DNA from: TPA_inf: Saccharomyces
Lineage: Eukaryota
Direction: 5' to 3'
Assembly (NCBI GenBank): GCA_000146045.2
Contig: BK006934.2
Location: 64,001-128,000 of the forward strand
Length of the DNA: 64,000 bases
The position numbers and the translations under genes are program-made. Positions 10,585 to 21,909 of the stretch are shown here, one piece after another; the stretch's first letter is position 1, and the number at the start of each line of letters is the position of its first letter. The notes beneath the pieces are model-generated. The model saw only the letters and a program-made list of their open reading frames with translations, was not told the DNA's origin and searched no databases.

Positions 10585-11411
10585 ACCCAAATGTGCGCCG
10601 CCTCATTTCATCATCGGAAAAAAGGTGCGGCACCAATAGATAAACAGAATTGGAATGCCTAGTTTGAGTCAGCCTTGCTGCATAAAACAAATACCTGTAT
10701 GACTGCTTTTGCATCTTTAAGAGAACCTTTGGTCTTGGCTAATCTCAAAATTAAAGTTCATATCTACCGTATGAAGCGCTGATAAAGAGCGCCAAATCTG
10801 CACCTTGTGCATTTTGTTCACACATTCTTGGCGCTCCTAACTGGAGAAACGTCTATCATTGAGGATAACTCCGGATAGTCGCATTCTGATTGAATAGCCG
10901 TCTAGCTCCCTATTGTGACTAGAATACTATTGACATCGTTTTCTCATCAAAACCTCCCGATAAAGGGAAAAAAAGAATTATCTGACCAGATCATTCGGAA
11001 AAATGCGTATCGTCATTGATATCCTTCTTGTCTTGTCTGCTGCTAACACTATTTACTATGGAAAGAGAGATTTCCCTGAAACTTCTTATTTTTATCTCTA
11101 TAGAAGGGGAAAAGATAAAAGTAAAAATGTAAAAATGTTTACCTGCAAGTTCACACCTGTACATTTTCTACATCCGTAAACATAAGAGAAAAAATGCCAC
11201 AACTATTTTTATGAAGATAAAGTTCGGGTAACGATAATGTTTTAATTTTGAAAAAAAAACTTCGACGCATTCGCGACTAGCCTCAGAGATTGAGTAATAG
11301 ACCGTATTGAATTCAAAATAATAGTAAAGATGGGTTATTTCATTCAAGCTCAGCTTTAGATTGAAACTCCTACAAGAAAGCAAGTAAAATAAACAAAAAG
11401 GTATATACAAA

Positions 11412-11777
11412 ATGTCTGACTTTCAAAAGGAAAAGGTTGAAGAACAAGAACAACAACAACAACAAATCATCAAGATTAGAATCACTTTGACCTCCACCAA
11501 GGTTAAGCAATTGGAAAACGTCTCTTCCAACATTGTCAAGAACGCTGAACAACACAACTTGGTCAAGAAGGGTCCAGTCAGACTACCAACCAAGGTTTTG
11601 AAGATCTCCACCAGAAAGACTCCAAATGGTGAAGGTTCTAAGACTTGGGAAACCTACGAAATGAGAATCCACAAGAGATACATCGACTTGGAAGCTCCTG
11701 TTCAAATCGTTAAGAGAATCACTCAAATCACCATTGAACCTGGTGTGGATGTCGAAGTTGTTGTTGCTTCCAACTAA
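11412..11777 (+). CDS. RPS20: RPS20 (YHL015W), 40S ribosomal protein S20 (uS10), 121 aa, intronless
   Basis: The protein [37 protein letters not shown]...[14 protein letters not shown] is recognisably Rps20; strongly biased, highly-expressed-gene codon usage. Confidence 0.95.
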
Positions 11778-11971
11778 GCTGGTTCTAACTGGAAATAATT
11801 TCCATTAGATTCCTCTTTTTCTCGTCCATTAACCAAAATATATTATTGAATTCAGCGGTTCCTTTTTTCTCATTTTCGCATATAGCTGCACTATTAGAAT
11901 CAGCCCACTCTAGGTAAACACAGTTCCTCGATATACCTCTGTCTTACTATCAGTGGTTAAACCTTATGCAA

Positions 11972-11976
<5 letters not shown>

Positions 11977-12004
<28 letters not shown>
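11977..12004. repeat. (AT)14 dinucleotide microsatellite in the convergent RPS20/YLF2 3' intergenic region
   Basis: Direct read of an uninterrupted atat... run. Confidence 0.9.
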
Positions 12005-12007
<3 letters not shown>

Positions 12008-12096
12008 ATACTTTTGTTGATTCTTGTGTAATTATTGGAAAAGACAAAACAAAGCAAGCGTTTCTATTCATATTTACAAGTATTTTTTATGACAAA

Positions 12097-13314
12097 CTAT
12101 TTCTTAATTTTCCCACCGGCGGCTTTGAATAAGGCAATGTCATTGTCCTGCATAATATATTGTTTGCCTGCACGTTTGATAAGTCCCTTAGATTTTAGTA
12201 AAGACTCATTTAGCGGTGGTTCCATCTTCTTCAGATCGTCATATTTTATTACATCAGCGCTGATAAATGTTTCACGCAAGTCGCTATGGATTACACCCGC
12301 GGCCTCTTGAGCGGTGGTTCCCTCCCTTATATTCCATTGGTGAACTTCTTGTGGGCCGCATGTAAAGAAGCTAATTAAGTTCAACAACTTTCTCATTTCT
12401 AGTATTATTTGCGGTATCGCAGAAACTAACTGTTGATCAGAAACATTGGTATCTTCCTTGATCTTGTCAAAATACTCTGACGCTATGCCTTTACATTCCA
12501 TCAATTGCGATTCAAATTCTGCACTGAAAAGTAGGAATTTATCTCCTGGCGAAAATTCGTTAATCCATTCTATAATATTTCTGACAAATTTATTTTCATT
12601 CCTAACGTAATCTTGAGGTGAAACATTTAGCAATATCAAAGTTGGTTTGGAGGTTAAAAAGTTATGCTTATTCAAAATTTTGACTTCATCCAGGTTCCAA
12701 TGATCTTTGAAATGCCGGATTTTTTTACCGTTAAACAAATGTTCCTCTAATGCATCTAATAATTCTGTCTCTATCTTCATTTCCTGATGTTCTTTAGAAT
12801 TCTTCGAAACCATTCTCATCTTCTTACTAAGTCTTTCCCTAATGTTTTCCAGAAATTCTAAGTCTTTCAAGATGAGTTCATCTTGTACCACGGATAGATC
12901 TCTGACAGGATCAACATTACCTTCTATATGGGTGATGTCTTCCTTTAAGAATCCTCTCACCACTTGAAATATCCCCTCTACGTGTCTGATATCGTTTAAG
13001 AACTTGTTACCCAAACCATGGCCTTGAGATGCGCCTCTGGTGAGCCCAGCAATATCATATATTGTGAGTGTTCCAGGTACGCATTTCGCACTCTGATATA
13101 TTCTCAATAAATTAGAGAGCGGCACGCTAGGTATATTGACTTTGGCACATTCTGCGTCAATGGTAGCGAATGGATAATTTGCAGGATTTCCCAATTTTGA
13201 GTTTGTTATTGCTTGGAAAAAAGTCGATTTACCAACATTAGCAAGCCCTACTATCCCTGAAGTTGGATTATTCGATATCCTCCCAAGTAAAAATTTTCCT
13301 CCACCAATGTTCAT
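12097..13314 (-). CDS. YLF2: YLF2 (YHL014C), Obg/YchF-like P-loop GTPase, 405 aa
   Basis: G1 motif GLANVGKST near the N-terminus and a TGS-like C-terminal region; length and position match YHL014C. Confidence 0.88.
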   Translation of the reverse strand: MNIGGGKFLLGRISNNPTSGIVGLANVGKSTFFQAITNSKLGNPANYPFATIDAECAKVNIPSVPLSNLLRIYQSAKCVPGTLTIYDIAGLTRGASQGHGLGNKFLNDIRHVEGIFQVVRGFLKEDITHIEGNVDPVRDLSVVQDELILKDLEFLENIRERLSKKMRMVSKNSKEHQEMKIETELLDALEEHLFNGKKIRHFKDHWNLDEVKILNKHNFLTSKPTLILLNVSPQDYVRNENKFVRNIIEWINEFSPGDKFLLFSAEFESQLMECKGIASEYFDKIKEDTNVSDQQLVSAIPQIILEMRKLLNLISFFTCGPQEVHQWNIREGTTAQEAAGVIHSDLRETFISADVIKYDDLKKMEPPLNESLLKSKGLIKRAGKQYIMQDNDIALFKAAGGKIKK

Positions 13315-13429
13315 ATCCGATTATTACTTCTCTTTATTCTTTTATATCCATATGCTTCAAACTATACAATTAAATAGATGCATTAAGGTTTACAAATAAG
13401 CATATCTCATTAGATACGGATGGGAAAAA

Positions 13430-14353
13430 TCAAGAATCATGCAATGAATTATAATGCTCACCTAATGCATAGCTGTGTTTATAGTAAACTAGCTTCAATT
13501 CAGGATTTTTCCCACATTCATTGTACACTTGAATAGGTCTTCCACTCATCAGAATGCTAATGGGGCAGTCGAAAACGTGAGAGAGAGCCAAAATCTCAAT
13601 TTCACCACCCCATTGAGCTGTATGCTCCATCTCTTTCGTATACTCATCAATGTCTTTCATCTTCATAGTTTCTTCATCAAACAAATATGGAATGAAATCA
13701 TCCCTGTGCTCCTGTACGTAATTACAACTCAACCATCTCAGCTTCATGACATCCATGTCTTGATCCAGTTTTTTTGGATCATGGCGTAATTTTAACTGAT
13801 CTAATATAGATGCAAAGAGACAGTGGCCATCGGGTTGTATATCGAATTGTTTCAGTTTCTTCAACTCGCATAACTGATCTATAGACTCCTGCTCCATTTT
13901 TTTCAAGTCCGGTTGTTTGGATGCTTCTAAAGCAGCCTCTTCTTTCATTTTAGCAATTGCTGCATCTCTTTTGGCCAATCTTTCCTTTTGTCTATTGCGA
14001 CGCTTCTTTGTCTGGCCTTGTTGCTGTTGTTGAACGGGAACATTCTGTTGTTCTTTCTCATCTCGAGATATGGATAGTTGTTCTAAAAGTTTTTCAGGAG
14101 TCACTTCATCTTCTTGTTCTGCGTCAAACACTTCATTATTTGCAATTTTCCAATCCCTTATTTCATTTTCTTGCTTAGTCTTTAGTTTATCTTGAAGATC
14201 TAGGCATTTCGAATTAACTTCTTTCCTTTTGGATTTAGTAGCCTGCTTTTTCATACCCGTTATCTTATTCTGTAAATCTTTATTTTCCTTGCGATGTCTC
14301 GCCAAAATATCTTCCATGTTTTCCAAATTCTCTCCTGATTCCATGCCGGTCAT
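13430..14353 (-). CDS. OTU2: OTU2 (YHL013C), OTU-domain cysteine protease (deubiquitinase family), 307 aa
   Basis: Catalytic Cys motif DGHCLFASILDQL and downstream His region (LGEHYNSL) typical of OTU proteases; N-terminal charged coiled-coil. Confidence 0.88.
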   Translation of the reverse strand: MTGMESGENLENMEDILARHRKENKDLQNKITGMKKQATKSKRKEVNSKCLDLQDKLKTKQENEIRDWKIANNEVFDAEQEDEVTPEKLLEQLSISRDEKEQQNVPVQQQQQGQTKKRRNRQKERLAKRDAAIAKMKEEAALEASKQPDLKKMEQESIDQLCELKKLKQFDIQPDGHCLFASILDQLKLRHDPKKLDQDMDVMKLRWLSCNYVQEHRDDFIPYLFDEETMKMKDIDEYTKEMEHTAQWGGEIEILALSHVFDCPISILMSGRPIQVYNECGKNPELKLVYYKHSYALGEHYNSLHDS

Positions 14354-14935
14354 GATGAATATCTCTTGTTCTCTCTACTAGATTGAATGCTGTGCTTTAG
14401 TTGGATTTTGTATTAGATGCTTTCGAGATGCCCAAACTAAAAACAAGGCGTGAAGAAAAAGAAATTTCGCGACGCATAATAATACTTTCTTTGACAGGGC
14501 CAGGGCTGCCAACTTTTCAGATTTTAACAATTGAGAAATTTATTGTGGTAAGAAAACCATAAATTTCCACTCTGTTGGAATTAAAATTTCCTGTATTGAA
14601 CGAGAGTAGAAGCACACAATTTTCTTGAAGAAAAAGTAGTTAGTCTTCCATAATGTTCAATGGCCTTATCACACAAAAAAAAAAGAATGAAAGTACTATC
14701 AGCTTATAAGTCCTGATTAATTAAAAAAAGAATGCAGGAATAGCACCTTATAGTAAAAAAAGTAAATTTAAGTAATTAAATATAACTATACTGTAACTTT
14801 TTTGAATTGTATTTTCCCTGGCATTTACAATCTTTTTGTAACCTGGAATTTAACGATAACTGACACAAGTGATTCTTGATAATAAAAAAAAAAAGGAAAA
14901 ATATTTCACTGTTCTACATAGTATATACAAGATCA

Positions 14936-16417
14936 ATGACGGTTTTCTCTGGAGTAAATAAAATAGAGTTTGAAGGTACTTTCGAAGGTATTGGAAAGGA
15001 TGTTGTTATGTCACAAATGATAAGGGCCTTGCAGAAACATTTTCCTTCGATACGTGACAAGAATTATGAGTTTAGCCTATTTTTGCACATTTTTCAAAGA
15101 TATGTCTTAGAAAATACTTCAATCACCCATGATCTAGTTTGTGACAAAATTAGATTACCGATAATTGATGAAGTGGTTGAACTCGATGATATTAAAAATT
15201 ACGGTTTGTTAGAGGGTAAACTATTATCAAAGTTAGCTATTTTAAAATTAACCGGAAAGGCTAATCCAATCATTGGTAAAGAAAGCCCTTTATTCGAAGT
15301 AAAAAATGGGATGTCTTCATTGGATGTAATAGTTCGACAAACGCAAAATTTGAATGTACGATATAATTCAGACGTTCCTCTTATATTTATGACCTCGCTT
15401 GAAACTGAATCTCAAGTATCAAACTTCCTTGAAGAGCATTATTCTTCTAGCAAAGTGAGATGGAAAACCGTAGTTCAGTCAAGCTTTCCACAAATTGATA
15501 AAGATAGATTATTACCTATCGATTTACAAATAAATTCTCATGAAAATGATTTTTGGTATCCTTGCGGGACTGGTAACCTAACTGACACTTTGTATTTTTC
15601 AGGAGAATTGGACAAATTAATTGCTCAAGGAAAAGAGATTTTATTTGTTTCAAATGTTGACAATTTGGGCGCTACAGGAGATTTGAACATTTTAAATTTC
15701 ATCATAAATGAAAAAATCGAGTATCTTGTTGAAGTAGTTGAAAGGACTGCAAATGTTTCAAACACTGGAGTGTTGGCAACATATAAAGGTAAACTACGAT
15801 CGGTTTATTACAACTGCTTATCCAATGAAAGTGCAAGCACGTGTCGAATTGTCAACACTAATAACATTTGGATTGATTTGAAAAAGCTAAAGGTGCTAAT
15901 AGAGTCTAATAGTTTAAATTTGCCAATTCATTCTAGTGAAAGTAAAATAACACACAAAAATGAAGAGATAGAGTGTCTTCAATTTAAGACACAGTTGGTC
16001 GATTGTATTGCCTTCTTTCCGAACAGTCGAGTATTGAAAGTATCAAGAGACAGATTTTTACCCCTAAGAACATGTAAGGACTTGTTTTTGTTGAAATCAA
16101 CATTATATGATCTCGATTCAAATGGAACATTTAACCTCTACCCTCTGAAATTTGGATTATTACCTTCAATCGACTTGGGCGATGAGTTTGCAACTTATGA
16201 GACTTTTAAGATAGGAGTACCAGATATTCCTAATATTCTGGAATTAGAGCATTTAACTGTGATGGGAAATGTGTTTTTTGGTCGTAATATAACTCTGAAA
16301 GGGACGGTCATTATAATATGTGATGAAAATGATGTAATTACTGTTCCCGATGGCTCTATTTTGGAAAATGTAACGATTTGGCATAAATCTCAGCTGGAGG
16401 ATATGAATGGATATTAA
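14936..16417 (+). CDS. YHL012W, UTP-glucose-1-phosphate uridylyltransferase (UGPase)-family paralogue, about 493 aa
   Basis: Homology to Ugp1 throughout (left-handed beta-helix C-terminus, ...FGRNITLKGTVIIICDEND...). The track ORF opens at 14876 through a poly-A tract; I place the start at the Met of MTVFSGV (14936). Start-codon choice is uncertain. Confidence 0.78.
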   Translation: MTVFSGVNKIEFEGTFEGIGKDVVMSQMIRALQKHFPSIRDKNYEFSLFLHIFQRYVLENTSITHDLVCDKIRLPIIDEVVELDDIKNYGLLEGKLLSKLAILKLTGKANPIIGKESPLFEVKNGMSSLDVIVRQTQNLNVRYNSDVPLIFMTSLETESQVSNFLEEHYSSSKVRWKTVVQSSFPQIDKDRLLPIDLQINSHENDFWYPCGTGNLTDTLYFSGELDKLIAQGKEILFVSNVDNLGATGDLNILNFIINEKIEYLVEVVERTANVSNTGVLATYKGKLRSVYYNCLSNESASTCRIVNTNNIWIDLKKLKVLIESNSLNLPIHSSESKITHKNEEIECLQFKTQLVDCIAFFPNSRVLKVSRDRFLPLRTCKDLFLLKSTLYDLDSNGTFNLYPLKFGLLPSIDLGDEFATYETFKIGVPDIPNILELEHLTVMGNVFFGRNITLKGTVIIICDENDVITVPDGSILENVTIWHKSQLEDMNGY

Positions 16418-16653
16418 ACAAGAGAAACTTTTGGGTAAAATGCATGAATAAAGTTTTCTTCTATTCCCACTATGTAAGAGGAATCATGTATCCTCACAGA
16501 AAAAAAAAACTGGAGCACATTGCAATAGTGGCATTACATTGCAATTTGTGGGAAGAGAAGTATACACATCAGATACGTAGGTATTTATCAAATTCTGAAA
16601 ATCACTCATCATTTTTGTAGTATTTTTTTTCTCCCCATTTATTCTTCAGTCAC

Positions 16654-17616
16654 TTATAAGGGATAATTCTTAAATAAATAAGAAATACTTTCACCATTAT
16701 GCAAACGACGAATACTTTCAGCCAGCACACTACTGATGTCAATGACTGCCAGTTTTGGGCACTTCTTGATTTTTTCTTCAAATGGAACAGTATTTGTGCA
16801 AACAACTCTATCCAGTTTAGAATTGTTAATATTTTCAATAGCTCTGCCTGATAAAACACCGTGCGTGACAATAGCAATAACAGATTTAGCTCTATTCTCC
16901 AAAAGAATTTCAGCAGCCTTAGCTAAAGTACCACAAGTATCGGCCATATCATCAACAATGATACAAATCTTATCAGTAACATCCCCAACAAGAACCATAC
17001 GAGAAACCTCATTGGCACGAGCTCTTTCCTTATGGATCAATGCAAAATTTAGATCCAAACGATCAGCCAAAGTGGCAGCACGTTTTGCCCCACCAGCATC
17101 TGGCGAAATTATTATTGAATCCATATAGTTGACATTTTCCTTGATATACCTAACTACGCTTGGTTCTGCATATAAATTATCTACTGGGACGTCGAAGAAC
17201 CCTTGAATTTGGGAAGCATGCAAATCCATAGTAATAACATGATCACACCCGGCTGTTGTTAACATATCGGCCATCAATTTAGCGGTAATAGGAGCACGAG
17301 ACTTATCCTTTCTATCTTGTCTTGCATATGGGAAATTTGGAATAATAGCAGTGATTCTTCTTGCAGACGCAGTCTTCGAAGCATTGATCATGATCAGTAG
17401 TTCTAGAACACGATCGTTCACGACACCAGAGCCAATTTGCGTGATGATAAAGATATCTTGGTCCCTAACAGATTCTCCAATAGAAAAGGAAACCTCACCG
17501 GTTGGATCTCTCTTTAGTTTGCTGCTTGTTAACTGTAGACCTAGCCTTTTGGCAACAAGTTCAGCTAAACCTCGGTGGACATCTGGTGCTAATAATTTGA
17601 TGGAATTTGTTGGCAT
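16654..17616 (-). CDS. PRS3: PRS3 (YHL011C), ribose-phosphate pyrophosphokinase (PRPP synthetase) 3, 320 aa
   Basis: Canonical PRPP-synthetase sequence ([26 protein letters not shown]..., PRPP-binding loop DDMADTCGT); exact 320-aa length. Confidence 0.93.
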
Positions 17617-17856
17617 TTTGTAATCCTAAGTGAATATATGAGGCTCAGTTTGAATGGGTAGGTTCGTTTATCCTGCGCTGGCAAAGTACGTAGAAAAAAG
17701 AGTATGAATCTTTCTTAGATATATTCAAGAAAAAGTAAGTAAATAAGAGGGTACGTGATTATAAACAGATACGAGTTTAGCGAATAATACCGTTCGCAAT
17801 CATAACTTTATAAAACTCATCCTATTACTTACTATTCGACTGGAAAATTTTCGCAG

Positions 17857-17880
17857 GCAAAAAAAAAAAAAAAAAAAAAA
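17857..17880. repeat. Poly(dA:dT) tract of about 22 A plus flanking A-rich run in the PRS3 promoter / ETP1 3' region
   Basis: Direct read gcaaaaaaaaaaaaaaaaaaaaaagaaaagaaaaa. Confidence 0.85.
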
Positions 17881-17963
17881 GAAAAGAAAAATCGATGAGC
17901 CTGCCGTACACAGAGATATAATAAATTTAGAATGCAAGAATGGTATGGCGGTGATGAAGATAA

Positions 17964-19721
17964 TCATTTCCCTGCTTTTTTATTTTTGTTGCGCTTCTTC
18001 TTGCTTTTGGATGCCTGTGCTGCCCCATGTGGTTGCTGTATTAGGATGGTACCTTCTTTTACACTCTCATCAGCGTCTTTGAATTTTTCTTGAGAATCTA
18101 GATAAAACATTAGGTCCTTGACTTGCTCTTCCAAATCTTGTTTAGACTCTTCTAACGCTTTGTTTTCTCGCTCTAACTGCTCTTGTTTTTTTGATAAGTG
18201 ATCTAGGTTCGCTTGTAGTCCTTCGATTACTAACATATCTTCCTCAAGCTTAGATTTCTGGGCCATTTCCCTTTTCTGCCACTCCTTTTGAGTGACCTGA
18301 AATTGGAGTTTCAAATCTTCCATAGACTTCTTCAAACTTTCAACATTCGAAGAATCAGACGCAGTTTGATCTTTTTCTTGTAATTTCAGTTCATAATATT
18401 CTCTTTGAGACTCTAATTGAGATATTAGGACTTGCACATATTCTAGATGATACTCCCTATGCCTTAAAAAATTTGCCGCCAGCTCGCCATCTTTTTTATT
18501 AGAGTTCGATTTCTCACCGTTTTTGCTCCTGTTCCCGTAAACAACATTTTGTAGTTCATCGGAGTTGCCTATATCATTGTTGTCATCGTCACCGGAGCCG
18601 CCGACCTCTACTAACTTCCCATCAACTTCATTTTGAACTAGGCGATGGACATAATTATCACCCGCATAATCCCACACTCTTTGTGTCCGTATATCCATCG
18701 CAAAACAATGTAAAGTTTCTTCATAATGCTTGATTGCGTGTTTGGAATTGTAACGACCGCATCCAACATTACCGCAGATCAAGCAAATCCATAGATTATC
18801 AGTGGAACCACATGTTGCACAATGTGCGGAATCACCTGCCTGTTTCAATAATGATTCCCTGCTTAGCCGCAGACTTGAATGTCGACACACTGGACACCTT
18901 GAATTCTTCCACTTATTTAAGCATTGGCAATGAAAAGTGTGCTGGCACGGGATCGTTACTAATCCAGTAGTTTCTGAATCCATTCTTTCAAGGCAAACGG
19001 GACATGTGGGGAGTTCGACTTTTACCAGTTCCTTTTTTTTCTTAACAGTGAATGGATCAGTAAGCAGATAGGGGAAGTCCTCGTTAGCGGCTGGTCTTTG
19101 GAAGAGCTTTTTTTGAAAAACTATTTCTTTTACAGAGATCACATGGCATGTTTCGGGATCCATCCTGCTGAAACTTTTGCCATTGAACTCTTCCTTGAAA
19201 TTTTTCGCATCAAGTGCATTCCTGAATTTAATTAAGACCGTGAAATTAAAACCCATTCCCTTCTGCTGATTTCGTAATATACGAAAGTTTGAAACTTGCT
19301 TATTAACAATATCATCACCAATATAAAAATGCAATAAATCGTGAACGGTAAAATAAGTTGGAACAAACAGGATACATATCATAGTATCATCTCCCGGGAT
19401 AGTCAAAATCTCCTTCTCATTAAGAGTATTATTGGCATTGCTTAGCTTGAATAGCCTTATTATCCCATGGCCTAAGTATTGTGAAGTAATCAAATCACTT
19501 TCCTCTTCTTTTGATGTTTGATTTTTGAAATCAGTTATCATGTCTATTTCCAAGTCACAGACTCTCCAATCCTGCCAGTCTTGATTATTACTTTTAATAC
19601 TTTCTTCCCCGATACTTTTTGCCTTCAACTTTTTCGGAATACTCTTGAAAATTTGATAAGCGGATTCAACCTGATTTTGGTTTCCAAATTCTAAAGTAAT
19701 GATATACTCAAATTGATCCAT
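17964..19721 (-). CDS. ETP1: ETP1 (YHL010C), BRAP2-like protein: RING-H2 finger, ZnF-UBP domain and C-terminal coiled coil, about 585 aa
   Basis: RING (CPVCLERMD...[22 protein letters not shown]) followed by a UBP-type zinc finger ([24 protein letters not shown]...H) and a long coiled coil. I take the start at the second Met (MDQFEYI). Confidence 0.82.
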
Positions 19722-20067
19722 AGATGTGAGGGCCAACCAGAAAGTAATACATTCAATGCTACTATTCCGTTATTGCCTCTATGTGTTTTCCTTTGAACTT
19801 TTACTTAATCCGCGGGTGAAATTTCATTTTTATATTTTCCATTTTATAACAGGCCGTCCCCTAAAAACACCGCGTAAGAACATAGTTTATACACTTATAT
19901 AAGTAAAAGGTGTAGTAGGTTGGAATGGTAAAGGGCGTATTGTGTGTCAATTATGCGATGAAAATGTATACTTCGAAGTCAATAAAAAAAGAACCTGGTT
20001 TGCCTCATGAAGATGTTGCCTGCCCTTTCTTATTTAGTGTTTGTAAGTTATTTTTGTCAAAGTCTAT

Positions 20068-21060
20068 TCATTCATTCAAAGTAGCTTCCTCCACTAGAAA
20101 ATCGATTAAACTTCTTGGATACGCAGGTCCATGGGTATGACAACATTCTTGTCCTTGCAATTTGCTCATAACGTATGTCACATCAAAGTCCCTCTCTTCT
20201 GAAAGTTTGTAAAGATACTCCCAGGTGGCGGGGACTGTTAGTACATGTCTTCCTGCTTCGTCAGTATACTGGGTATTTCGCTTCATAATTTCATTATCCT
20301 TTAGCGAATACTTGCCTTTGTGATTCAGTTTGCTTTCCAGGACCATAGAGGTAAAAAATTCATCTTTCGTTGGGAAAGAATATTTGTAGTTGGTATCATC
20401 TTCTATGTCCTTTGAAAAATTTTCATTACCACTCCGCAGTAGCAGTCTGTTCTCTGCGTTGATTTCAGTATTTGCCTTTCTTAGTTCCTCAATTTCTTTC
20501 AATAAACTTTGGCGGTTCCTTTCACTTTCTAACAATTTATCTTGTAATTCTTTCATTCTGGCTTCTTTTCTCTCTCTGAAGGCTTTTTGGGCGGCTCTGT
20601 TTTGAGCCTTTTTCTTTGCCTTAGAGTCATCTGGAACATTCTCATTATGAGCAACTGAGGGACTCCTCGAACTTGGAGATATACCATTATTTTTAGAAAA
20701 ATAATTTGTATTACTATAACTATCATTATCATTATTATTGTTATCTGCCATAACATAGGTAGAGTAGTCGCCTGAAATAGGGGTTAGTTGAATTGCTTGA
20801 AGATCACTACCCTTAGGGAAAGATATGTTGTTCTGTAATAGCAAATCATTATTTGATCTGTCAAGGTTCAAAGCAGGACACTGGTCTTCCAAAATTGGGA
20901 AGGGTGCTGTTTGCTCGCTCAATAGGTCTGGTTGTTGTTTTATACATTTGCTATCTTCTTGGAATAGACTATTTCTGATACAACAATCCTCCTCTTGGCA
21001 TTGAGGGTTAATAAATTTCATGAATCCGCTGGTATTATCATCCATATTAGAAGGCGTCAT
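20068..21060 (-). CDS. YAP3: YAP3 (YHL009C), bZIP transcription factor of the Yap family, 330 aa
   Basis: Yap-type basic region KAQNRAAQKAFRERKEARMKELQDKL. The track ORF (347 aa) begins 17 codons upstream; I place the start at MTPSNMDD to give 330 aa. Confidence 0.82.
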   Translation of the reverse strand: MTPSNMDDNTSGFMKFINPQCQEEDCCIRNSLFQEDSKCIKQQPDLLSEQTAPFPILEDQCPALNLDRSNNDLLLQNNISFPKGSDLQAIQLTPISGDYSTYVMADNNNNDNDSYSNTNYFSKNNGISPSSRSPSVAHNENVPDDSKAKKKAQNRAAQKAFRERKEARMKELQDKLLESERNRQSLLKEIEELRKANTEINAENRLLLRSGNENFSKDIEDDTNYKYSFPTKDEFFTSMVLESKLNHKGKYSLKDNEIMKRNTQYTDEAGRHVLTVPATWEYLYKLSEERDFDVTYVMSKLQGQECCHTHGPAYPRSLIDFLVEEATLNE

Positions 21061-21297
21061 AACAATTGCTTCAGCCTTATTCTTCGTTAGTTTATACTGG
21101 AAGTAAAGCAAACACCTACTGCCCCTTTTATCGAAATGATAAACAAATAAGAAAGCTCAGAGGGCCTCCGGTAATATTCAAATCGATCTGTTTTATAATG
21201 CTTATTGAATAATAATGCCGTTGCTGTACTCTTAACATAAAGCTACGAAAATCCACTATACATTTTTCTAAAGAAAAAAAAAAAATTCAAAAAAAAT

Positions 21298-21371
21298 TGA
21301 TTTCGCCCAGGATCGAACTGGGGACGTTCTGCGTGTTAAGCAGATGCCATAACCGACTAGACCACGAAACC
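21298..21371 (-). tRNA. tV(AAC): tRNA-Val (anticodon AAC), 74 nt, intronless
   Basis: Minus-strand read GGTTTCGTGGTCTAGTCGGTTATGGCATCTGCTTAACACGCAGAACGTCCCCAGTTCGATCCTGGGCGAAATCA folds as a cloverleaf (D-loop AGTCGGTTA, anticodon loop TTAACAC, T-arm GTTCGATCC); internal A/B boxes present. Confidence 0.9.
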
Positions 21372-21387
21372 AAATTCTTATTGATTA

Positions 21388-21451
21388 TGTTGTATTACGG
21401 GCTCGAGTAATACCGGAGTGTCTTGACAATCCTAATACAAACAGTCTTAGG
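21388..21451. mobile_element. Possible internally deleted sigma (Ty3 LTR)-like relic beginning 17 bp upstream of the tRNA-Val 5' end
   Basis: Starts TGTTGTAT (the sigma terminal octamer) exactly 16 nt from the tRNA 5' end, which is the Ty3 integration window. A roughly 64-bp stretch ends in an imperfect inverted copy, AATACAAACA. The internal sequence does not match my memory of sigma, so this is tentative. Confidence 0.3.
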
Positions 21452-21538
21452 GAAGTAACCAGTTGTCAAAACAGTTTATCAGATTAATTCACGGAATGTT
21501 ACTTATCTTATATATATTATATAAAATATGAATCATAC

Positions 21539-21909
21539 TGTTGGAACGAGAGTAATTGATAGTGACATGAGTTGCTATGGTAACAATCTAATGCTTACAT
21601 CGTATATTAATGTACAACTCGTATACGTTTAAGTGTGATTGCGCCTATTGCAGAAGGAATGTTAAACGAGAAGCTCAGACAATACTGAAGCGGTGTTAAA
21701 GACCTATTAGTTGAACATGTTATGGTAGGTACATATATGAGGAATATGAGTCGTCACATCAATGTATAGTAACTACCGGAATCACTATTATATTGGTCAT
21801 AATTAATATGACCAATCGGCGTGTGTTTTATATACCTCTCTTATTTAGTATAAGAAGATCAGTACTCACTTCTTCATTAATACTAATTTTTTACCTCTAA
21901 TTATCAACA
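21539..21909 (+). repeat. Ty4 5' LTR (tau), 371 bp
   Basis: TGTTG...CAACA termini; 366/371 identical to the 3' LTR. Confidence 0.92.

Noticed and set aside
11400-11470. Glu/Gln-rich N-terminus of RPS20 (EEQEQQQQQ), considered as a repeat-expansion feature
   Set aside because: It is part of a bona fide conserved ribosomal protein N-terminal extension, and the DNA is not a pure triplet array; not noteworthy.
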